DNA from: Chrysomallon squamiferum | Lineage: Eukaryota > Animalia > Mollusca | Length of the DNA: 64,000 bases | Assembly: GCA_012295275.1 (NCBI GenBank) | Contig: CM022670.1 | Span: 17,112,001-17,176,000, forward strand | Direction of reading: 5' to 3' | Shown here: in pieces, positions 38,601 to 49,600 of the stretch | How positions within the stretch are numbered: position 1 is the stretch's first letter | Layout of the letters: the number at the start of each line of letters is the position of its first letter | Notes under the pieces: generated by a model | What the model saw: only the letters and a program-made list of their open reading frames with translations | Told to the model about the DNA's origin: nothing | The model's database searches: none | Made by a program: the position numbers and the translations under genes

Positions 38601-41600
38601 GGTAAACATTTGTTTAATGAATGAAATAAAAATACTCATGTAGCTGACACTAAGCTTTGACTTGACCTCCCTCTTACACCTTATGGCCATATGTCACAAA
38701 CGATAATGTAATTTTACTGTTATAATTTTAATGCAGATAACCCTTTCTGCTACTGTGTGAACTATTTGTTTATGATTAAAAGAATATCTTGTAAATACAA
38801 AAAAAAAATAATAAAGCACTGCTATTTTAGTTGAAAATACTGTTAATTAGTTTTTGTGGAATGAAAATGAAGGTTGTTTATGGTCCCAGCAAGACAAAGA
38901 CAAATACCAAATGTAAACAGCATTTTTTTTGTGGGAGTCACATTTTGTTGCTCAACTTTGTAAATTTAAGATTTTAAATATTTAATTAGTAAGACTGTAT
39001 AATGCATTTGAAAGATGTTGTTTGCTGTCTTAAAGTTTATGTCCTTCACAGTTGACTACTATGTAAATAAACACACTACTATGTAAATAAACAGATGTTA
39101 TCTTTCTCATATGACAATTGATTAGTACATACATAAAATTATTCCTACATGAACTAATTTTTGATATCTGAAATACTTACTGAGATAGACTTGTTATCTC
39201 CTGTGGAGTAATTTGTCAGATTCTTGAAGGTTGAAAATGATGATCCTGTTGTAATTTCCGTTGTGTTCATAGTCTCGGAATCTTCCTCAACATGAAAACT
39301 GAGTTCTCTCTTGATTTTCTTTTTGAGTTTTTCCACATCATTTTCAAACCTGTCTTCATTTCTCTCAGAGTCTGCTCCACCTGCATCAGCTTTCTCCACC
39401 ATTTTGTCTTGTAGGGCTTTGCGTCGGTCGCGGTCAGCCTTTTTAATGATGAAGATTGTAATGAAGACAGCGATACAGAGAATGACAGTGACACAGATGA
39501 GGGAGATGACAATGATGATGTACTGCTGGGAGTCGCTAGCAACCTCAGTCAGAGCTGTGAAGTTTCCCTGTGACACAATGACGTTTAACCTGCTGTATGT
39601 AGTGTGCTGTGGGTTTCCTGAATCGTGAGCTGCGACTACCAGGTTGTACACACCCATATCTTCAGACACCAACTCCTTAGCCACAATCATCTCACCAGAT
39701 ATCAAATTGAGAAAAAACAAACTTTTATCATTCCCGTGTTCTATGGTGAATGTCAGTTTTCCTGCATCAACACTGTCTAGATCTTCTGCCTTTCAGCACT
39801 GTGACAATAGTGCCAACAGGACTGCGAAATGATATGTAGACCGAGTCATTGACTGTGCTAGGGAAGGTGAATACTGGAGAATTGTCATTTGAATCGAGGA
39901 CAATCACTGAAACACTGGCCTTGTCTGTGAATGTTGGGTTACCAGTGTTGGATGGATCGCTGACAATGACATTGAAATCGAACTTCTTGTTAAGCTCTCG
40001 ATTCAGCTGGTGAACAGTTCTAAGAACACCGGTGTCTCGCTCCAGTCTGAAAACAGCAGACATGTCAGTCTGGGGAGAAAACACAAACTGAGCAGTCACA
40101 ACTTGGTCTGGATCAGACACATTGAGTTTTGTGATGAATGTATTGTTGGGTTTGTTTTCATAAACATACACCTGATAGTGTGGCATTGTGAACCTTGGTG
40201 GATTGTCATTCTCATCATCCACAGTGACATCTACTGTGGCTGTGGACATCATCGATGGGATTGCAACATCTCTAACTGTAACAACAAATTGAAAATGTGG
40301 TGTTTTTTCTCGGTCAATTTCTTTGAGCACTGATACTTGACCAGAAGGAGAAACTGAAAATGTAGAATGAGAATTTTCAAACATGCCATAGACATTGTTT
40401 CTGTTGTCTGGACCATCCTTGTCAACTGCAGTCAGAGTCAGAAAAACAAAACCTGCTTTTGTGTTCTCAGCAACACTTGCAGAAATCAGCCTTTCCAAAA
40501 ACACTGGAGCATTATCATTTTCATCATGTACCTGTACAACAAATGATGTAGAACTGAACTGAGGAACAAATCCTTGGTCTTTACATGTCACATTAACCAA
40601 GTAATTCGGTGCCAATTCAAAATCCAAATTTTTATTAAGAATTACTTTGTAGTTACTCATGTCTGAAAACCTTTCTAGTCTGAAATGTTCATCAGCAATA
40701 CTGCAACTCACTTTTCCGTTTTCACCATCATCTGCATCAAAGACTGAAACATGAGCAACGAACGTCCCAATCTCTGCAGATTCTGTTATGCCCTGTTCAC
40801 TAGGAGGAAGATTTACGATGATCTGTGGGGCGTTGTCGTTGACGTCTTCAACGTTCACGACCACTGCTGCCTGGGAGGAACGAGCAGGAGAACCAGAATC
40901 TGAAACTTCAACAAGAAACTGGAATTTCTTATCCGTTTCGTAATCAATAAGTTTGACAGGATACAAATCTCCTGTCACTTTGTTGATTTGTAGAAACGTT
41001 TTTATCTTCGTGGACGTTCTAGAACTGAACTGGTACGTAAGAGCTCCATTCAGATCCGAGTCCTGGTCATGAGCTACCAGTCTGAGAATAGACTTGTTGA
41101 GTGGAGCATTTTCTCTGATAGACACTTTGTATGTCTTCTGAGTGAACACTGGGTCGTTGTCGTTCACATCAGTGACAAGTATTGTTATCTTCACTGAACC
41201 AGACTTGGGATCGGGAAGTCCTCCATCTTTGGCTACGATTTCAAGAATGAATCTATTCAGTGTCTCGTGATCTAATTTGTGTTTTACTTCTAAACCCAGA
41301 GCAGTGCTGCCATCTGGATTCACCATAACCTTGAGACCAAACATCCCTTCTTTTGGTATCAGCTCGTAAGTCTGGACTGAATTGGTAGCCCCAGTGTCAT
41401 TGTCATAGGCTGCACTGGTTAGAAGCACGTGTTTTTCTGGGACTGACTCGGGAACTGTCAGTGTGATGGATTTTTGTGGGAACTCAGGAGCATGGTCATT
41501 GATATCTTCAATTGTCATTTTAATCCGCAGTATTTCCTTAATGTCTGGGTGAGAGGTGCTGGGGTCGAGTAAGAAAACTCCAACATCCAGACTCAAAATG

Positions 41601-41896
41601 CATTCCTTTTTTAGAAAACACAAACTCTCCCGATCTAGACGAGCTGCATTTTTCAATGTGCTGGTGACTTCGTCTATAACAAACAGACTCGTTATGTCAT
41701 TTCCATGCATGAAGTGATATCGCAACCTCGGAAACTCGGTTTCAGAGTATTTAGAATACAGCTTACTGTCGCGAGCAACATTCCCGATGAAAGTTAAATT
41801 TGCTTCCTCTTCTTTCATTGTATATTCCAATTCAGTTCCCTCACCAGAAGTGAAATACAGTCCATACACGGAGATACAGTACAGCAGAAAAATCAT
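32137..41896 (-). CDS. PCDH: Protocadherin gene B (7 EC repeats, delta1-like); spliced CDS join(41896..39181 with a 1-nt frameshift near 39791, 36438..36268, 35854..35731, optional 34912..34901, 32633..32137), about 1168-1172 aa if the frameshift is corrected
   Basis: Signal peptide; EC1 DRESLCFLKKEC; six DxND[N/H]xP linkers; TM YIIIVISLICVTVILCIAVFITIFII followed by KK; DSGHGS and TTTSGSYTI tail motifs; all junctions GT/AG with consistent phases 0,0,1,(1). Symbol is family-level only. Confidence 0.92.
34901..34912 (-). CDS. Candidate 12-nt microexon of gene B (TTGCAAGCAGAG)
   Basis: Long pyrimidine tract ctgttttctctctctcctttccaaacag| and donor GAG|GTACAA; phase 1-1, frame-preserving. Confidence 0.55.
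35731..35854 (-). CDS. PCDH: Gene B cytoplasmic exon 3 (SELSGGADSGHGSNEDE)
   Basis: Acceptor gtgtag|, donor C|GTAAGT, 124 nt phase 0-1; CM1-like DSG motif. Confidence 0.85.
36268..36438 (-). CDS. PCDH: Gene B cytoplasmic exon 2 (57 codons, TPQ...WLTN)
   Basis: Acceptor tttttaaag|, donor AAT|GTAATT, 171 nt phase 0-0, open frame, GC-richer than flanking intron. Confidence 0.72.
39055..39093. repeat. 20-bp tandem duplication
   Basis: actactatgtaaataaaca twice. Confidence 0.85.
39181..39789 (-). CDS. PCDH: Gene B large exon, second frame: rest of EC7, TM, juxtamembrane region
   Basis: Shifted frame reads AEDLDSVDAGKLTFTIEHGNDKSLFFLNLISGE..., aligning with gene A AEDDDQSPTASLTYTIDHGNYNNLFFISLTSGE; ends at phase-0 donor TCA|GTAAGT (39180). 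Confidence 0.9.
39767..41896 (-). CDS. PCDH: Gene B large exon, first frame: signal peptide, EC1-EC6, start of EC7
   Basis: 709-aa ORF with canonical cadherin motifs; leaves the cadherin frame after GTIVTVLK. Confidence 0.95.
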   Translation of the reverse strand: MIFLLYCISVYGLYFTSGEGTELEYTMKEEEANLTFIGNVARDSKLYSKYSETEFPRLRYHFMHGNDITSLFVIDEVTSTLKNAARLDRESLCFLKKECILSLDVGVFLLDPSTSHPDIKEILRIKMTIEDINDHAPEFPQKSITLTVPESVPEKHVLLTSAAYDNDTGATNSVQTYELIPKEGMFGLKVMVNPDGSTALGLEVKHKLDHETLNRFILEIVAKDGGLPDPKSGSVKITILVTDVNDNDPVFTQKTYKVSIRENAPLNKSILRLVAHDQDSDLNGALTYQFSSRTSTKIKTFLQINKVTGDLYPVKLIDYETDKKFQFLVEVSDSGSPARSSQAAVVVNVEDVNDNAPQIIVNLPPSEQGITESAEIGTFVAHVSVFDADDGENGKVSCSIADEHFRLERFSDMSNYKVILNKNLDFELAPNYLVNVTCKDQGFVPQFSSTSFVVQVHDENDNAPVFLERLISASVAENTKAGFVFLTLTAVDKDGPDNRNNVYGMFENSHSTFSVSPSGQVSVLKEIDREKTPHFQFVVTVRDVAIPSMMSTATVDVTVDDENDNPPRFTMPHYQVYVYENKPNNTFITKLNVSDPDQVVTAQFVFSPQTDMSAVFRLERDTGVLRTVHQLNRELNKKFDFNVIVSDPSNTGNPTFTDKASVSVIVLDSNDNSPVFTFPSTVNDSVYISFRSPVGTIVTVLKGRRSRQC

Positions 41897-41993
41897 TGTG
41901 AAAAGTTTTGGTTTCAGTTCTCGTCCAGAAATTTTATTTTATCAAACAAGGCTGTATCATTTCTTTCCACTTTCTCAAATCTTCAAGTATAAA
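41897..41993 (-). other. 5'UTR portion of gene B large exon
   Basis: Acceptor ttacatttttgtttcag| at 41994 on the minus strand. Confidence 0.55.
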
Positions 41994-42047
41994 CTGAAAC
42001 AAAAATGTAATAAAATTTAGTTATTTACCATATCAATCAATGTAAGC

Positions 42048-42079
<32 letters not shown>

Positions 42080-45023
42080 AATTAAATAATAAAAAATAAA
42101 TTTAAAAACAAAACATATCTAAGAATAAATAAAAAAAAACAAAATAAAACAAAAATATAACAAAAATCAAAAATAATTATAAAATGTTTAAGTAAACTAA
42201 AGTAAAGATAATCAATAAACCTTCATATCAAAAACATTTACAGTGTTTTTATGCACCTCCCAGTCAGATGTGTTTTGCTTGCTGCAGATGTCTGCAAGTA
42301 ACAGGACCACAAAGTAAAACAAGTGTGGTCTGTTGGACAGGATTCTGTCAGCAGGAGAAAATGAATTATTAAAGCCTTCTGTTTGGCCTGTGGCAAACAT
42401 CACCAATTCATTCAGCAATTTCACCACATGATGTCCTTCTCATCAAAATGGACAGTATCTAATGACCACCTATCAAAATGACCAGAATCTAACGACCACA
42501 GTCACTGAGCCAATGTTTTGACAACCAGGGTGATGATGGCAATTTCCAAATAAACCACCCTAAGTGAATTAGCAAACATCTTCATAATAAGTAGTATCTA
42601 ATAAACTGCCATCAGTTAAAACAACAGTGCTTGGTGATTCCACATGTCTTAATAAACAAAGAGTTCAGAATTTCTTTTCTAAGTCACTTGCTTCAGCCAT
42701 ATTTCACCTAATAAAGACTTTTTTTTTTTTTTTTACCAAGAACATGAAACTGAAATCTGTATTAAACTGTGGGAATTCTGCCTCAAGGAAATTTTCTTTT
42801 AAAAACACAAAGGGAAACCAACAAAAGATAATACAAATGGAGTTAATCTGCTTTATGTCACTGCCACTTATTAATCTTCAACTGTTTAAACATCTTACTG
42901 TAAGTAAGTACTGTTGTAACTGTTAAACTCTTTGTGTCTAATAATTATGAGTAATGATAAAAATGTCGTATGTTTTTAATGCGTGAACTTTAAAAACCGT
43001 GTTACTTGGAATGATAAAATACTTCATTTCCTGTAATACTAATACTACTGTAGCCAAAATATCAAATCTTGAAAAACTCTTAAAAATTATGCAATGTATA
43101 ANTTTTTGAAAAATGTTTTTTTTACAAAAAAAACCAAAATATATATATATATAATACATTTTTTCTCTAAAATAAAATAAAATTCTATAAATTTTTGACG
43201 CATCATGCCAGCTGAATTTTTTTTTCAGTGTCCAGTGAATTTCTTTTGGTGATAACAATTTCTTCTCTAAAAACTGACGCATCATGCCAGCTGAAGTTCA
43301 GTGTCCAGTGAATTGGAAAAAAATGCAGAAAATTGCTGAAAAGTGCATGTTAAACTTTGGCAACCTAATACAATGGTAATATTCCATAATTGTCAAGAGC
43401 CTGAAGCAGGACCTGCCCTGGGTCCATCTTCTGGCAACATTTGTTGTGTTTTCTGCATCATTACCCTCCATTCCCACCAATAATTATTCTATAATTAACG
43501 AAACAAAAAGAACTCGCTTTCAACTGCTTCCGAAATGAAACAGTTTAAACTTCAGACGGTGGAACATCTGACTGAAAGACGACCAGCTGATACATTTTTA
43601 CACTTGACTGGAACGGGCAAATAAGCGGATGAAAGATGTTTCTGACAGACAATCATATGACAGTGGCACGAGTTACCAAGAATGACAGTATCATTTGACT
43701 TTGATGCACTTCAAAGTTACCAGCTTTACGAAAAAACAGCAGGTGGAAAAAAAAAACATCTTTGCAAAACAAGGCTAATTTTAAATATCATATCTCGTTT
43801 CTTTTTCTATCTGGAGAGAACAAGATATAATTTAAGCAAAAAATGTTTCTGTATTTCATGAAAATGGTAGTATTTCAAAAAGCATTAATGTCAAAAATAA
43901 TTATGTTACCATGGAAACAAGTATTCTTACCAATTATAGATGGGATTCATTTTAAATCAGAAATTCATCTGAATATTTAGGAAAGATTAGTACTGTCCTA
44001 AATTACAGTTTACGCTTTTAAAAATTAAAACAGTTGTAAGATTCCATTTTTAATGCTGTGGCAATTTTTAACGATTTAACTAAAAAATAAAATACCCAAA
44101 GAACTGATTTTTTCAAGGCACGAACATATCAAACAGCATTTTTATTTTTCTGTACTCTGATAATAACTGTCCCAATAATATTAATAATAATAATAACATG
44201 GTCAACTATTCATTTTGAAAAATCAGAATAAAACAATCGATCATGAGATGGCTAATGACCTAGAATGACAAAAACTTGAATCATGCTAAATGCATGCAAT
44301 ATCTAGACATAATACTGATCACTGCAGGTAGAGGAGTCACAACAGTTATAGGTCACTAAAGCTACCTCTGAGATTAATACTCAAAAACCTCCCAACAGCC
44401 AAATCAGCCCAGGCTAATTTGAAAGTCAAATATCTCAAAGTAATTACAGCACATTACAGTTTTGTCACACTGCATATTACATTTGAACAGCTGTGTTTTG
44501 ATAAAATTGAGTAACTATTTCAGTCAAAGAACTTTAAAAAAATGTCTGCAGTGTTATTTATTAACAGAACAGCAGAATTAAATAGATATCACACATTTGA
44601 ATGAAGATTTTTGTTTAAATATAATGGAATGACAGTGTCAACCAAATTCAAAATAGCCAATATAAAATATTCAACATTGTTTATAATTCTTTTTAAAAAT
44701 TGTACAGAAATCCTAATTTTAAATTCTTATTAAATACTGAAGACAAAATAAATACTTGTTTATAGATGAATCAGCTTTTGTTGTTGTTAAAACTAGTTTA
44801 TAGTAAGTATTTGTTTTAATTCTAGATTAATTTTTAGTTTGTTTATGTAACAAAGAGACTAGAGCAGATTTTCTGTCAACTATGTATTTTTTTAATCCCT
44901 GAATCTTGGAATAAATCCATTTTTCTTTTTTGTAGTTAACAAGCAGATTATTGAGATGCACTTTCCCAAGAAATCACACATATTGTTAAAAGGAAAATTA
45001 AAATGGTAATTAGTATTAAAAAC

Positions 45024-45112
45024 TTGTATCCTACCTTTACAATGACTGTATCCCATCCTTTATAAAGATTGTATCCTATACTTTATAAAGATTGTATCCA
45101 CCTTTGCAATGA
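45024..45112. repeat. ~22-bp tandem repeat, 4 copies
   Basis: tgtatcc..(c)ttta(c/t)aa.ga repeated. Confidence 0.8.
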
Positions 45113-46184
45113 TCAATCATTAAGATGATAAAAATACTGAAAGTTAGCTTGACAAAGTCATTAAATTAGCTTCATTTACCCAATTTGAAATTATAATGAA
45201 TGCTACTTCAAACAAGTTGAGTATGAAAATGCAGCAAGAAAAACTTGAAATGAAAATCAGCCACATCAAAGAGAAAGGGTGACAGGATTAAACTTTAACT
45301 CTGTTATAGAGTTTGCCTCATTAGAGAATCAATCCTGCTTCCAAACACAAAGCTTCCAAATTTTTAATGATAGCATTTAACTTTTTCATTTCCGTGACAG
45401 TGCCTCATTGTGTGGAGGAGCTAATGAGGGTCACGGAAAGAGAAAATAATTGTAGTCAGTGGATACATTGAGACCCTCCCCTCCACTACTCAACTTCACT
45501 CATCACTGACTCAATAAATTAGTCTTGTTCTGTTACAACATAAAACTAATTACTAACTACTTCAAGATGTATTAAACTGTAATCCTGAAGTCCATAGATA
45601 TATAATACATTTTTAAAAAATTGTTTGTTGTTGTAATTTATACACATGGTATATACATTAACATTAGATCTATTCAAGAAATTAAATGTCTTGTAAATTT
45701 CTTTATTACTCATCTTAAACAAAGCTTATTTTGTGTTTTGTGCATCACCATTTTACAAACACACACTTTATAGAATTATCACAGAAAAATCAATTAAAGC
45801 AGTTCAATATGAAATAATAAATAAACATGGCCGTGGGCAATATCCCACAGTTTAATAACAATCATTAATATCCTTCATTATTAATTTTATCATTAATACC
45901 CTTTATTATTTATCATTTCTTTTTGAAACATCTGTGTACGAGATCTGAGACAAACTTCTCTCTAGATGAAAGAATTAGAGAAAATTACTGAAACTTTTTA
46001 CTGGGTTTTATAAACAGGACTAATAATATAAAAGAATAAACTGATTTAGGTAATAATGAGGAAATGTAAAATAGTGCTCAAACTAAGCACATCCACAGTT
46101 CAAGAAACAGCAAAATATTGACACACAGACTCATCAGCTGAAAAACAATATTATTTTAAAAGTACAGAGCTGACAAGCCAGTCA

Positions 46185-46605
46185 AGTCCATTGTTTTTGT
46201 GTAATCTTTAAGTAGCAGTTTCATATTTGGAAGTATTTTGGATGAGAGAATAACTTATGAGTCATTACAATAAAAAAATAAAAATCTTACAAACATTTTA
46301 ATGTCAGCACGATTCTTTTGTAAAAACTTACCAGCAGTTTCATATTAGCAGTAATTTCAGATGAAAGAATAACTATTCCAGTCATTAAACTATACATATA
46401 TATATATAAATAAAGAAATAACTTACCAACTTCTAAAATTAGGAACAGAACAACACACTGACAATACCATTTTTCTGTATAACCTTTCACAAGCATTTTC
46501 ATATTAGGAATAATTTTAGATGAAATAGAAAATAATGTGGGTCAGTGAAGAAAGCGAAAAGAAAAAGAAACAACTCACAAGCTTATAAAAATACACACTG
46601 ATTGA
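46185..46605. repeat. Degenerate three-copy tandem duplication (120-160-bp period)
   Basis: agca(g/t)tttcatatt.g.a.ta.ttt..gatga.a..aata...gtca at about 46214, 46333, 46492. Confidence 0.7.
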
Positions 46606-49600
46606 CACAGAATGACAAAGTGACTAGTAAACACTTCTGTATGTAAAAATAAATATGCTGTCATCTCAAACACAAACTGAAAACTATGAGAAAGAAATGT
46701 GGACTAAATCAATTTTTTTTTTTTTTTTTTTTTTTTCGTTAAATAGCTTTTTGGTGCAGCTGTGAGTCATGTAGAAAAAGCTTTGGCTTTTTAAACTTTA
46801 TTCTTTATCAATAATTACACAACAACAAAAGATAATACACACACGCATGCATGCATGCATGAATGTGCATGCACGTGCATACACACACATCACAGATATA
46901 TACATAAACATATAACCATGTTTGGAGACAAAATAAAAGCCTGAAACAGACAAACACACACACACACACAGATGTACCCACACATACACAATTGTTCTGA
47001 ACTCATCACTGCAGTATGAAATTCAAGACGTTCATATTTAATGAAAAACTGAATGCGAGAACTTCTTCATTTCTTTACCTAACTAAAATCTGTGCAGACC
47101 AAAATCTCAGAAAGATTAATAATATTTATTGAATTCTGGTAAATACTGTAGTGTCAACTGCAGCTGTTACTGCACCATCTTAGCTTTCATTTCTTTAATT
47201 TTACATTTGTAATTTATACACGCAAACACATTCATCTTGACAGCATTTGTTGAGATTTTACAAAATGTTTAAATCAATACTGTATTTTAGGAATTCTTTG
47301 TCAGAGCCATTACTCTTAAAATCATGCAATTATTACCCAAACCAATCGATTCATTCTTTATATGAAAGCCAAGTCCAATTTGTAACATTCAGTAAAAAGT
47401 TACAAATGTCTGTATTATTCGTTACATGTTCCAATACACTTAACCATTCAACTATGATCTAGAATTTAAAATTAATAATTAAATATGTAAATATTATTTA
47501 ATGGAGAAGTCTATTTTGCATTCTTTCAATTGAGAGAAATAATATAAAATGAATTATTTATATATTTATTTAACATAATCCTAGCACAACAATAAAATTG
47601 GACTACTAGATAATAACGGGAAAGGAATCTAAATGAAAATAAAATACTAATTAAATAAATCAACAAAACTATTTTTCTGACCATATTAATAATGAGAAAT
47701 AGTAAATATGTATAAATAATATTTTTCTAAAGTTATGTAACAGTGGCTGATAACAATTTTAAATAAATATATTAGTGTACTTGCTTAAGAAATAAAATCT
47801 CTGAATATACTTTGGAATAAATAAAAAAACAAAAAATAAAATCGTTATTCAACAGCCTCATTTTAGGTTGTAATAAATTACTGTTCACTAATTAAATATT
47901 ATCTGGCTAAGAAAGAATGTTGTAATATTTTTGCATTTATTTTGACACAAAATAATATCAATATGAGTTACTAATTTATGAAATTACTAAAATTTATAAT
48001 CTTCATAGTCTATCAATATTGTTTTCAAATTCATTACTTATTTATAAACTTAATATTTTTATTTATTTTTTATTTTTGTTTTTTTACAAAATTAATTATC
48101 ACTTATCAATTTATTCTTTCCATTCCATCATGTTATGTTGTCTGTCAAAAGTTAATGTTAACCATTAGATTGTCCTCATTCTAAAGACACAATTTTTTAA
48201 ATGATTAAAAAGAGTTTTCTAATAATTATTAATAAATTCAAGTAAAAAGGAACAAATACTACCTAAAGTCTAGTGAATGCATTACTAAGAAATTCAGCTG
48301 AATAACTCAAACACTAATAAATTTCACTGCTGTCTTTTAAGTTTTTATTTGAACTATTCTTTAACACAAGATTCAAACATATAAAAAATGAAATGAAACC
48401 AAATATTTAACATTATTTATCTTTTGTCAAAATAAAAACACAATTTATTTTGTGTGCTTCACAAAGAAAGTAATGATGAAATTTCATTACATTTAAAAAA
48501 AAGAAATAATAAAAAGTATATAAAAATAGTAAAAATATTTAAGGTCAAAACTTACGTTAAACGTTGTTGTCTCTGCAGTGAGTTACAAGTGAGAGACTTG
48601 ACTGAGAACTTGTCAACTGGTGGGATCGTGTTACAGAGCAGTACTCAGTCTGTGTGACAGTTGGTCCTTCTGCAAACAGCTACCAGCCTGCACACACGTC
48701 CTTATCTATAGAGCTGCATGCAGGCATGATGCAGGTGATTTGCCTAATTACAGGTACGCTCAGAGCCTGTTTAGGCAACAATTGGCTGCTATCAGATTAA
48801 AGGCTCAGACAATATTTGTTTAAGCACAAAGAAGAATAAACACTGAGGTAATCAAATTAGTGAAGTAGGTTTATGCAGAAAAGAGCAAAAAAAATAAATA
48901 AATTTGTAACTAGCAGCAGAAGAGTCTGTTAAGAGTATCTTCATTTTTCACATGTCACAGTATTCAGTAGTTTGGAGTCTTAGTAAACATACTTGTATAA
49001 GTAACTAAGTAAACACAAGTACAACTGAAATTAAAACAGATTATTCATCCATGAAAGTAGCAACAGCCAAAGCCATTAGTTTGCTGTAAAAGCTTTATAA
49101 ATTATTTTGAGCATTTCCATATGATCAAAAAATTTGATCCAAAATTTGGAGAATTTCATATCATATAATTTACAAAAACAAAAAGAAATATTTGTATTTT
49201 TAATTCACAGTGTAAGCAACAGCAGAAAATAAATAAAATAAAATAATAAATAAATGAATAAAACAAAAAAAATGCTGATTACAGTATTTCCTGTGGAAGT
49301 TTTCTTGAGCTGTGATTTCCATAGCAAAGTGAGAGGTGTGTTGTGATAATGTAACAGTACAAATGTGTTTCCTATCAGCTGTTAGGAGAAGTGACAGTGA
49401 TTTCCCAACATGTACTGTTATGAATACATGTTTATCACTTACTTCTGCATCCCCAGCTAGTGTTGTTATGCACACCACTTTCAACTGAAGAACCCTGCAT
49501 TGTTATCATTATCATTACTCAACTGAGTTTTGTCTCAACACTTAAACACATCTCGCGAACTCAACATTTTAACCTAGTAAATTTATTTCCATTAAATTTC

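Noticed and set aside
39785-39800. Programmed ribosomal frameshifting in either gene
   Set aside because: No recognisable slippery site or stimulatory structure; the shifts needed are of opposite sign.
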